Positions 12,212 through 24,381 of a DNA stretch of 64,000 nt are shown piece after piece. This stretch comes from Phoronis australis (taxonomy: Eukaryota; Animalia; Phoronida), in the NCBI GenBank assembly GCA_002633005.1, contig NMRA01000110.1, forward strand, positions 684,448-748,447, read 5' to 3'. Made by a program: the position numbers and the translations under genes. A model generated the notes under the pieces. The model had not been told where the DNA came from, did not search any database, and saw nothing but the letters and a program-made list of their open reading frames with translations. Each line of letters opens with the position of its first letter. Positions within the stretch are counted from its first letter, which is position 1.

Positions 12212-14646
12212 CTATAATTGGACTAAGGTCTTTTCCAGATTGGTGTCAAAACACAGTTGGTGAATACGATCACAGATGGGATCCGCTGCCTTCAACAGCT
12301 CCCCCAAAATGTGGCTGGCCTCACTCTGGTTTCTGGCTACCTTGGTTAGTAACTGACCACGAGATGGCGCTGCCATAAGGCACACCTTACATAATGCCCG
12401 CATGGGATTGGAGTGATATGAAGCTACAGTTCTCTGATAGCTGTCAATCAAACTCTCCCCACGTTCACATTGTTCAGCCCCAACGAGCATTTGGAGAAGT
12501 TTGGTGATGAATTTGAAATGTTCATGAACAAGAAGCAATGCTTTACACCCTGATAGCGGAGACTTTGACCTGGCTTGACCTGTACTGAGTTCATACTCAA
12601 TAATGGTCTGAAAAGTCTCGTAGAAGTTGCGTGGTCCGGCCACGCGTCTGATCTCCAGGGCTTTGATACCCGTCTTCATCCTTCTCAAGGTGACCTTTAA
12701 CCCCTTACTCAGCTGAGAGACATACCTAGAATTTTTACAAGTTTTAAGTAAAGAAAATGTTCAACTTAGGAATGCAAGATATCTGATAGGAACTCTAACG
12801 ACTGTAAAATTGTTCACCTGAACATTCAAGTTACAAAAAGTTCAAATTTTTACAAGAAAAGGTCTTACATTGTTACCTTGGTAACACAAATAATTGCTAG
12901 GCCTGCACGTTTTTCCTACTTCATAAGCCTCGCATACATTTTTCTGAATGGCCACAATTTTTCAAAGAGTTGTCAAATGGGATAGTTTGAAAAAAATTGG
13001 TAAAGCATTACTTTGTACCTACTAGTTATTTTTAATGAAAAAAATGAGAACAAAATTTCACTAATACATAATTTTGTACCTCAAATTAGTAAGATTTAAG
13101 CATATGTAATAAATTCCGAGATTAATCAACAACCATCTATATATTTATAGCAGCAAAAAGGCGTTCTGTAACAATCAACGCTTGACATCTGTTACCATTA
13201 TCATGTTCGCAGTCTACTTGCTGATCCATGATGACCGGCTGGTGAGAGTGAAGGTGTAATTATTACAGTAGACCTAAGGCCTGCCAGGTGCTATGTGAGC
13301 TACACTCAACTGAAACAGCGACACACAGATAGATTTAGTACATGACTGTTAAAAACTCTCACTAGGTGGCATGAGCTGTCACCACAAACTCAGTACATGA
13401 CTGTTAGAAACTCTCCCTAGGTGGTATGAGCTGTAACCACAATATCACTGCAGCAAAGCTGATTTACACTTTAAGTTATGTTTTAGAGTAGAGCCCTTTG
13501 TTTTGTATATTTGATATCACATTCCTACAATAATTGCGCACAATAATAGCATTAGATGAATGAAGTCCTGTTTCAAAAGTAAGATTGGTTCACTGCAACT
13601 GATTTTTTTTTTTAATCTGAAGTTTTCCATTTTAGCTTAACCCAATTAGTGTTATGTGGGACTTTGAATGTATACTTCGAATATGTATGATTTTTCAAAC
13701 CAGTTCAAATAGTGATGTCATAATAGCTTGCATTTCTGTTACAACAGATAAACCTGTACAACTCAATACACCAGTGAGACCAGTGGACACAAGAAAATAA
13801 CATCAGCACATCATGCTTTTTATGCTACAACACAACTTTGTGATACAGCAAATATCACGATGGACAGCTTGCTTCTAAAGACATTATTTAATACTTCAAG
13901 CAAAACGAGTTAAAATTCTCAAAAACACTAGGTTCACATGAGAGGCGAAAAACATGAGCAGTTTTTCAGAGGCCAAAACATCAGCCATGAATACACGTTA
14001 ATATCACCAGCAGTTAGTTGTTGAGTCACTGCAAATGTCTACATCTCATGTGCACGTATGTCACTTGAAGTAAGCAGGCTGGCAGTAATGGTCGGATATC
14101 ATGTTCCTGCATTTTGAGAACCACTTTTCTCCACTAAATAGTGGGCATCAAACTGTTTATCAAAATATGAGCATGTTATATCTGACTACTGCCCAGCCTG
14201 GCTACAAAAGTGCTACAAAAACACCAGAAGTTTTGATCACTCAACCCTAAAAGCATTAAGTAGCAGCAAAAGCGACACTTTAACTGTTTACATTACTGGT
14301 GTTTTTGCTACTGGTGAAGGTGTTGACAAAATGCTAGCACTTAAGTAGTGTTAACACAGATGAGAACATCTCTGGCCAAAACACTTCACTGAAAGTTTTA
14401 CCACTGCATTTCTGGCATGTCCATAAATAGCACATTGCACTCTTCTTGCACAAAAACCATGTGTTCACACACCTCTTGGTATTAATCATTGACCACAACA
14501 GACAACACATACCCCAGCAGTTGGTTACAAGCACACAAATACTGGTCGACCAAGAAAGTGCCATTAGGTCTCCTACACATCTGTAGTGACTCCAGGGCCA
14601 GTTTCAAGTCTGGAGTTTCCTTTGAATGTTGTCCAGAGTCCTTCAT
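12212..14646 (-). CDS. GLTP-domain protein, ceramide-1-phosphate transfer protein (CPTP/GLTPD1)-like, divergent, 215 aa
   Basis: Exons 14646-14513 (MKDSGQHSKETPDLKLALESLQMCRRPNGTFLVDQYLCACNQLLG, phase-2 gtatgt donor) and 12725-12212 (YVSQLSKGLK...YETFQTIIEYELS...SGCKALLLVH...DSYQRTVASYH...APSRGQLL...). It aligns by eye almost gap-free to human CPTP (SGCRTVLRLH, DSYNASLAAYH, LPTREVFL). Confidence 0.85.
13337..13442. repeat. 55-bp tandem duplication in the CPTP-like intron
   Basis: agtacatgactgttaRaaactctc.ctaggtgg.atgagctgt.accacaa occurs twice. Confidence 0.8.
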
Positions 14647-15129
14647 TTTGAGCACGGGTACTGCAAAATAAAATTTAGTCACAAACAGGTGTGCAAGATA
14701 AAAATAAAAACCTTGGGCACTTACAGTAGATTTGTTCTGAGCTTGTACATGTCATTAGTACTGGCTGATCGATCAAACCTGCACTAGCCAGACCAGACAA
14801 ACTGATAAAGTGAGGAACATTAAAACTCGGCACCCAACCCAAAAAGCTGGTCGATCTGAAATTCCAGTGATACATAACTTATTACTGTTAGTGTGTAAGT
14901 GTAAAGCTTCGACTGCAACAGTTTGAGATTCAAGGTTGGTTTTTAACGATTGTTTACTACAATGCACACTTTAAAGCCACAGGCATCTTTAATCATCCAT
15001 TCTTCATGACACTATAATAAATAAATAAGTAAATATTACAGTATAACGGGGGGGAGTGGATGGAGTTAGAGCATGTTTCACTGTATAACATTATAGGATA
15101 TTGACCGTAGCCGTAGGCCTAGCCTTGGT

Positions 15130-15560
15130 ACAAAGCTGTATATAAATATACAGCTTTGCACTGATGTGGGTAAAAAAGCGGCAAGATAAAATTTGACACG
15201 AAAATAGTGTCATTAAAAACTACAGTCTTTCTTGAGTAAACTAAATTATTTAACGGTGTTGGAAAAAATGGCGTTCTACTATTAATCTGCTGCTAAAGTT
15301 TTGGAGCGATCTTTAGCGATGGCTTTCGGCGCCATGAAATATTGTGACACCTATTGGTCAGTTTCTTTTTTCGCCGATTCTTCAATCAACTGCTGTTCTT
15401 TCATGACGTTGCGTACACGTCACAACAAATTATCGAAATTGGTTTCACTTCATTATGAGTTGACACCAAAAAACAGAATTTCAGAAGAAATTTTGCTGCT
15501 GAGAGATGTCGCAAAAAATTTAGGGGAAATGGCGGACACGAGCGAACTGTTTTCAAAACG
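15130..15560. mobile_element. Copy of the MITE family also found at 32780-33328 and about 34020-34200
   Basis: Shares the terminal sequence caaagctgta...cagctttgcac...gtgggtaaaaaag...gtcattaaaa.ctaca...cttgagtaaactaaatta and internal blocks. Confidence 0.65.
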
Positions 15561-16093
15561 ACGGCATACTTTTCATTGTTAGAAAAGGCAGTGTTACGCA
15601 AGAAAATGACGTTTATTGCATTGCTTTTCATTTAAACGGCTGTAACATGCAAGGTGAATGCCGGTTGATTCCCAGCTAGATTTTGCATGAAAATGTATCA
15701 GCTACGGTCTTTAGCTTTACATGTTGATACAAGTTTCACAGCGCGGTGACGAGAAGAATTACCCTGGCTGTGTGCAATTTCGGGGTCTACAGAAGAAATA
15801 AACACAGTGGTACCTAGCTGTATTTTGACGACAGTCTTCATACAGCTAGCTGAGTGTCTGGCTACCGTAGGCGGCCTACGGCGTAATAGGCCGTGGGTAG
15901 AGGCAGTCAACAATGCACAATATTACAGCAACTATTCTGCAATAACTACAAAATGTCATGAACAAAATGACTGACCTATAGGACTATAAAATATTACATT
16001 GACGAATCACGACTTTTACATACAAAACAACCTATAATGAACAAGCCAATGTAAGAATTTCTCGAAAAGATACCCAAATCGTCACCAAATCCA

Positions 16094-16145
16094 CGGAAGT
16101 AAACAATGCGACATCACGCATGCGTGGTTACTAAACGTGACGTCA
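16094..16145. promoter_or_regulatory. Putative bidirectional promoter between the CPTP-like gene (-) and the RING gene (+)
   Basis: Within about 50 bp: ETS CGGAAGT (16094), Fox-like GTAAACA (16099), NRF1-like palindrome CACGCATGCGTG (16115) and a perfect CRE TGACGTCA (16138). A plus-strand donor aag|gtacgt follows at about 16195. Confidence 0.5.
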
Positions 16146-17959
16146 AATTTTGGCTAGCTGATGGAAGATCTAGGGACTCTAAAGCTGTATCTAAGGTACG
16201 TTTTTCGTCCTTAAAAAGAGTTTGTCGAACATCGCTACACTGTCAAGTTATAAGATAGTAAACCCAAATATGAAAAAGGCAAAATGTACCTGTCTTTGAC
16301 TGTGACAACGGCATATTGATGTAATTGACGAGTCCGTCGTCGTCGGTGTTATGACATTTGTACCTCAGGCACAGCTCAACACAGTTGTTGTGCTTGAATT
16401 GAGCCTGTAATTCCGCATCATCTCGATGCATGAATATGGGATACCCGAGTAAACGTGGCAAGAACTTTCAACTTATCTTATTCCGTTTGATGAAATTTGC
16501 GCTGCGCTAAAGCTAATGTTAAATGGAACCGACCATACAGATATTGAACTTTGGCTTTGGCAATCGCATTCATCAAATAATTGATCAAAACTTCACATCC
16601 TCTGAGTCTGTGACATAAGTTCCGGTAAAGAAGAAGAAAATGGCTTATCGGGGGCTTATAATTACAAAAATTCTTCATACTGAACAATTCAGTTTGACCA
16701 TTGCTGTTATAAATACTAAAGTCCATGCCATTCGCGCCTCCGCAATCTTGACCGAGATCAAGAATCCCTAATTCAGAATACAACAAGCTCTATAAAGTGT
16801 CAAGGTGAGTGCGATACAAGAAGTCAGGAGCAGGACCCCTTGTGTTGAGTCGATGTTCAGATCAGCTTTTTCATCTGTCACTGAGTACCACTCGTCTGTA
16901 ACTGTTAGCGATTATAGCATGACTGATGTTCATTTTTTCATAGTGCATTTTTGTCATATTTTTATTAGTACAAAACAATAAGTTTCAAATGGTGATGAGG
17001 TCACAAAAATCATGAATAAGTTGTTCAGCTAATTCCAAGTGCCATCTAGTTTCTTAAGGCAGAATTATGTATTGGTCTAAGTTTCTTGATTCATAACGAT
17101 TTTAAAGAAGAACTGAGAATTTGAGTGCGTGCAGGTCCTTAAAAGGCCAATTGGCTGGAACATTAAAATGTGAGCAAATTTCACGAGAACTAAAACTTAG
17201 TTTTTAATTATTTTAAAGTGCAAGGCAATTTCTAAAATAATGATAATGATAATGATAATAGAACTGATGTTGAGTAAACGACTGTTTCCTGTCATTATTA
17301 TTGTCGTTGCATGTCCTCTGTAAAAAACTTTGAATTTTGAAAGTTCGTAATTAATGATAGATACCATTGTTTTTAAACCTTGCAAGAATAAAGAGCTAAT
17401 TATAGTCATAATGACCGCATATATCTTTGCAAACAACCACCGTAACTTGCATCAAGTGCCCCCATGTCAGCTCATATTCCTCGTTACCATGGAACCCTTG
17501 TGTTCATACTGAACATCTGAATCAGTTGCATAGTTACACATTGCCATAGTCTCCTCTCAGTAGCTTTATGTGTGTGGAGTTGTCATGTCAGACACATAAT
17601 ACTAGTACGATAACATTTGTGAGCAGTGAGTGAAATAGGGCTTTAGGGAAAGCTTTCACCTCATCTAGTAATTTAGCCAAGGTTTTTAAAATGACAGATT
17701 GCTTGATGTTCACAACCTAATTGGTTTGCATACAGTAAGACCACTACTAAAAAGAAAAAAGAGAAACAATTTGGGTCATGGAGTCAGTGCGGTACTGGTT
17801 TAAATTGTCAGTCTCTGGTGCTTGTTGATCGTGTTTGCACTTTTAAAATACCACATTTCTTAGGCTTTCTGGAGTACATCTTAAAAATTGAGTATGTAAA
17901 TGATATGCAATATACTGTTTTTGTTTCTTTATAGTCTGAGATAATAGTTTACATAAATT

Positions 17960-18092
17960 CTGTGGTAGATGAACTGTGGTAGATGAACTGTGGTTGATAA
18001 ACTGCAGTGGTAGATGAGCTGTGGTAGATGAACTGTGGTAGATGAGCTGTGGTAGATGAACTGTGGTAGATGAACTGTGGTAGATGAACTGT
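17960..18092. repeat. 14-bp minisatellite (ctgtggtagatgaa), about 9 copies
   Basis: Direct tandem units visible in the sequence. Confidence 0.95.
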
Positions 18093-20556
18093 ACATGTAC
18101 ATTTCAGTGCTTGGTTATAAATCATTCCTTCTCCCCATTACTTAAGTTTCCAGTGATTGTTTTATGAAAACTGACACCGTGGTTTTTCCCTGAGCCTTGC
18201 TGAACTGAGACTTATATTCAGTTATATTAATAGACTGCACAAAGAACTACCCCAGTTTAGAATGAACAGTCTTTGTTGGATTTGTAGAATTATTTATTGA
18301 CATGGGAATGGTTCTTTGGAAGAATACTTTGTAAAGCATTGCTTTATGATGTTTTTATGCCTATTTAATATTCATAATAACTTCTTGCTCTTACCTATAT
18401 GAAAGCAACCTTCCACTGGCCTCGTTTCATTTTCAAGGACAATTTTTATGATCAACATCAGGGCAGGCAAAAAAATATTTATTGTTCCTGACCCTTCCCT
18501 AAAATGTCCCGCATCGATGCTCTACATTTTTTATTTCTAAAATGTAGTTCTGTTTGTAAGCGTCACAAAATTTGCAGATCACAGAAGTACTTACACAAAG
18601 TATAGAAAATTTTCAGCAGACGGTTTTGAAGAGGAGTGCGCCCTGCAGGTATATGTAGGAACTGCAAGTCATATCGTCTGCTCAGCTGTATATCTCCGGT
18701 TGATTGACAAACTCCTGTGAAGAATATGGCCTGTAATTTTATTTCAAAATGACACTTCAGGAACGGCTTTGCTTACAAGGAGGTAATGTCCAAGTATATG
18801 GTATGCTATAGTTATGCCTTTAATGGTCATTCAGCAGACGCAGTGCCAAATGACAGATTTTGCTGTGATTGTCTGTGACACTACGTCCAGTGATGACATG
18901 AAATAAAAAGTAAAATAGAAAAGTGACCAATTTGTGGACAATCCCCGAATGATCAACATGTTTATGTTTTACGTGAGTTGTTGAATAGGTGTAATTCTTT
19001 ACGTAGAAAATAAATCTGAAACTAAATAAGGCGATCCAGATCCTCCCAAGGATACTACTGTTTCATGAAATGTAGAATATAAATCGGTAAATAAAACAAC
19101 AAGAATGGATCAACTGAAATTTGAAATTTCCGGTTGTAATAACTTCCTTTGTCAACAAAAACAGAAATACAAACTGCTCTGGACAGTGTTGGAATTTTTG
19201 CGTCACTTCTGTATTATAGTATAAATAGAATGATTTATTCAACAAATGTTTCACCAACTGCATTGAACTAACCCCATTTCATGAACAGTGACTTAGCAGT
19301 TAAGTCAGAAATGTTTGTCTTGAGGTGCCAATTCACTGATCGCATTAGTTTCCATGTCAAAATATTTACCAAAATATTCTTTTTCATTTTTGAAAAGCTT
19401 CTGACGTAGTTTTGAATCCCCACAATTTCTCAGAATGCCTGAAGGATATGGCATAGGAATTTATTTGATGGTACTTGTATTTTATTAAAAAATGAAAACA
19501 AAATTTCACTTGTCGACCATATTGTGGTGAGATTTTATCATAACTGACAAAATTTTTCAATTCAGTTCTAGATGATTGCTACAGTTTAGCAAAAACATAT
19601 AGAAATTATTTGAGTATGTAGTTAACAAATTTGGGTTTATCCTAAATATTTGCTGAAATGAAATTAAAGCATTTTTCAAAATAGTCCAAGACAAAATGGC
19701 TGCCTGGTCCTTTTTGTGTATTTCTTCACTTACCTTTGCTGCAAAAGTTTTCGTCAAATGATTACTGTTCTGTATCTTGACTTAGGCAAAGTACCTGGAC
19801 AAAAATAAGGGAAACTTTTCCATAAAGGTTTACAAACCAAATCTTAAAAAGACATGAAACTGAGATAGGCCACAAACAGTATGCATTGCACACTTTCTTG
19901 AAGATCTACTTTCCTGGGTTCTTGTTTTTAAATTATGTTTTTGTGTGGGATCGTGTGAATTATCTGTTATATGCTTGACAGTAACAGAGAGACAATTTAT
20001 TTACTATCTTGATGAAATAACATCAGTTTTTGGGGATGCTTGGTGAGAGAGAGACTTTATTGATCGTACAGCATGCGTCCTATCTCAATATTGTAACTTG
20101 GAGCTGTTAAACCAAACAGCCCTGAATAGCCTTGTCAATTTCCATTGTTCCCTTTCATGCATGGTATATTGTTTTTTAGCCTTTAGCAGGCACTGTTCGA
20201 TGAAGTGATATTGGCGTGGTAATTAGCTATGTGTAATTACACAGTGCACAGCCATCGATAATTATTCACTGGAAGACAGATGTAATGTAGTAGTCTACAT
20301 GCTTGTACGTGTTGGATGTCAGATGGCACTATCTGTGTAGAATGCCGTCCACACAGAGACTTACTTAAGAACAAGTGGGGTAGGTTGCACTTGTGCAAGT
20401 TGATGTATAGTTAGGCTGTAATGTGGACGGGACTTAGAAGTGCATGGTGCTTCAGGTCGAATTCTCACCTTATTTCACACAATGATAGATTAAATGTATT
20501 CCTGATGGCGAGATGTGTCAAATTAACTGTCTGGATTATAGCTGACTTCATTGTTG

Positions 20557-20559
<3 letters not shown>

Positions 20560-20594
<35 letters not shown>

Positions 20595-20595
20595 C

Positions 20596-20644
<49 letters not shown>

Positions 20645-20652
20645 CGTATGTG
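20560..20652. repeat. (TG)n microsatellite with CG interruptions
   Basis: Alternating purine-pyrimidine tract. Confidence 0.97.
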
Positions 20653-21586
20653 AAATTAACTGAGTAAGCAACCATAGCTAACTGACCCTGTGCGAATCAA
20701 ACAACATACTAGCATTGCCAACATGATATAGGCCTAATTAACAATATGTTGCTTTATCTTGTTCCTGTGAGTATATAGTAGAATCTCTGAGGTGTGGATA
20801 AGTATGAATAATCACTGACTGAGACGTGAACAGCTGAATTTTGTGGACCTCACAGAGTACTTAGTAAGCAAAGTATTGCTGTGAGCAGAGTTCCATCTTC
20901 ACTACTATACAGTTTAGCCATCAAGTGACTGTAAGCAAGTGTTAGCTGACTGTAGTTACATCACACCACAGTCACTGATGGTTGATTCCAGTTGTCATGA
21001 TCAATATTTCACATATAACCTGCATGATGCTGTAGTATAGATGCGGGTGTATGCAGCCTCTTTATTGTCAAGTGTAGTAAAAGTCTGGTGAAGTGGAGAT
21101 TCTGTGCAAGAGGTCAGTTTGGTGATATCTTGAGTTGCTGCCTTTTCGTTTTAATTAACCATATCCACAATCCCTTGCCGTATTATCCATTTTAAGCTAA
21201 TAATCCATACAACTTAGGGGCTCAAACTGTGCTGGTGAAGAAAGGAAATTGTCTTGGTGGGGTGAGGGTAGCTCAGAGAAGTAAGAGGGGAGGGGGAGGG
21301 ATTCGTTGGCATGACCAGAGTGCAGCTCTGATTACTAGGCTCCCAGAATTTTATAGGATAGGAACTCCTTCCCCTCCCCCNCCCCCCCCCCCCCCCCCCC
21401 CCCGGGAAACGTGACTAGCATTGGCCCATTGCCAACGCGATGTGCCCAGTTGCTGTTGTATTTATTGCCAATGATTGATGGTGACCAGATAATACATTCA
21501 CTTATCTGTTATGAAACAAGTTATTTGTCTCCGTGTGATTCAGTGTGCAGTCAAACTTGGTGTATTGGTGAGGCTCATGTAGTTAA

Positions 21587-21751
21587 CAGGAGCAGATTCC
21601 GGGGTTTTGAGTAAAGGGGGAGGATCAAGACAGAGTATTAGCTAGGATTTTGCCAGTCAGACATTCGAACTCCTGAATTGCCAAAATGGAATCTGGGAGA
21701 ATTTGAGCAGGGGGGCATGGCTACCCTGGCCCCCGTCTAAATCCGTCACTG
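21587..21751 (-). mobile_element. MITE (same family as 7115-7270) with 5-bp target duplication GTTAA
   Basis: gttaa|caggagcagattcc...taaatccgtcactg|gttaa. Confidence 0.75.
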
Positions 21752-24381
21752 GTTAAGCTTCACTATGCATGTGTGCCTGGTGTGTTGGTGAGGGTCATCC
21801 ACTTTCACTGATGAACCTAACTAATGAAGTGATGAGATAACAGACAGCTCCCCCTATTGTCCAGTTCTTCTTTCACTGAAAATAGGTGTTTGTAGGTCCT
21901 ATGTTACAGAAGTCCATGAAGGCATTTTACATTCATGAACTAGTTTCTCATCATCACTCATTAGTTATTCAGCGAGCAATTCAAGCTTGGCATTGAAGAC
22001 TGTGTCATCTAGGATTTCATTGATTTTGTTAACTTGAGATTGTCTAGTTAACCTACAATCTGTCAGATGAGTACATGTCAGTAATTGACATTCTCCCATC
22101 TGTGAATACACTGTCTTGCATTTCCTTGGGTTCTCCCAAGGGGATATTGCCACAAAATTTGCTTTTGAGAGTCAGTGTGATGGAAAAAAATCTTAGTCCC
22201 ATTTGTAATTTAGTGAATCACATGACAATAGATGGATCACTTCAAATATCTTCTTGTATGTCCCCTTGTTAAGGTTGCATGTTGGTTCAAGAAAAGTCTG
22301 GTTGGTAGTATGTACAGTTTAGGACGTTATGGACAAGTGTTAGGACTTAACTAAATTAATTTCTACAAAGTAACATTTCAACTCAGTAAAAGTTTATATT
22401 TTAGGAAAGTTGAAATCCTGTAGAATTTGATTTTTGATTTTATATCAACCTGCCATCAGTTGGCTGACGAGACCATTTGGTTTTAGTAAAATTTAGCAAA
22501 AATGAAGGTGCATTCTTAGCAAAGGAATGGTGTTCAATATTACTACCAGATGGCGTTTGATTGCAATGATCAAGATGAAGTCTCATAAATGCTGTTACTG
22601 TTTTCCAAATGATCACTTTGTTTCATGCATGTTTCGATTTTTTTCTGTTAGCCCCTCGTGCAAACTGGAACATTTTAAAAGCAATTCCTATAAGTGTTTC
22701 GAACTACAGTCTGCAGAGCATGTTTCAATCTGACCTGGCATTCCTGAGATATGATGTTTTTAAGATTGACAGATTTGGACATTTTTCTTGTATTTTGATG
22801 TATTTACAAATAGGGTAAAATCTCACTGGTTCGGGACACAATATGGCGGACGATTGAAATTTTATTTTAAAGTAATTTTTTCATTGAAGATGCGTCACAT
22901 CAAGTTAATGCTTTACCATATATCAAATTCTATTACCATAGCTACCATCAGAAAATATTTTTAAAACTGTAGGCATTCACAGCAGTGTTGGAAGGCCTTG
23001 GAAAACGAAAAATGGTAATTTTTGTGTGGAATTAAAGAAATTTTGCCTTAGTGGTTCAGACTTACATCCAGAAAATGTCCAGGGAGATGGACCCTCACTG
23101 GCCAGTCTATTGCATCACTATAGTAGGCCAGCCCTAATCTTGATTTTCCATAAGTTACACTCTTTATATTGCCCTAACTTTTGATTTTTCACTAATATTT
23201 TTATGAAAGAATGAAACCGATTTGATTAATGGGAAATTGTCATTTTGACCCCATCTCTTGAAAGTCTGGTGGGATATCACACTTGAGTTGTGATTGACAG
23301 TCTGCCACAGGTAGCACATAATCCTAGACTTGTAATTGGCCAATTATCAGGTGGCTGTGAAAAGGACCTTTGTCAGAATGCAAAATAGACCACAAGCAGC
23401 CATATTGGTTTTGGGGTGCACTTACCTAAATGTTAAAATTGCTGGAGGTATTACAGCACACAGATAAGTTTTGTTGGTTTACAGTCTAGAAATTATCCCC
23501 TGTTGTCTTTTTAGAATGTTCCATAAAACTGGAGTTACATGTATGAATGGGCAGATTATAGTGAAGGCAAAAGGTTCATTTGAAAACTTCAAGCTTCAAG
23601 TTCATAGTTTCACACTAATGGCAATGGAATATGTTTTAATGAAATAAAATATTCAAAGCTAAGAGAAATGGACTTCAAATCCATTTTTTAAGTTTATGAT
23701 AACTTCTGAATGATTTTGATGAGAAAATGAAATTATGCCTGAATGTTGTATATTTATTTGGCTATGAATACTGTCATTCATCATTCATCCAGCTTACTAA
23801 AAAGTTGTCTTTATTAAATATCAAAAAGAAAATACAAAGTAGTAAGCTTATGGCTTTACTGACTTGAACTAATTGTGTACTGATGACTTGAACAAGACTA
23901 TGGAAACTGCTTGAGAACAGTGAAAAGGGCATATAAGGACAAAACTGGTTTTGGAAACCTAACAAATATGCTTTTATGAAAATTTTTGTACTCAAAAAAC
24001 AATTTTGGATCATGTCCTAACATGCTGTGTGGTGAAATTTTACACATTTTTTGTGAACTTAGCACACGGAAAAACAATGGGTTATTCTACCGGCCTTAAG
24101 TGCCACCTGAGTTTGTTCATTGCCACCCCCCCCCCTTCATGAGCCATTTCTGTGTTTATCCTTTACATAACACGTGGCATGTGTCATGATCATTCCAATA
24201 TTTTTCTATTTATTTTTAGGTACTGGCTTATGAAAATGGAGTAGTGTAACAGAGCAGTTAAGATTGTCCACCAGATATGTTGTGTTCTCATCCATTGCTG
24301 TGTTGGCCAAGATAGCAGTGGCTCCCTGAACCATGGATAGGCGTCATTGTGCTGAATAGGACACAGTAAGATAAGACAGCC

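Noticed and set aside
20421-20671. Cys/Val- and His/Thr-rich ORFs
   Set aside because: Translations of the (TG)n microsatellite.
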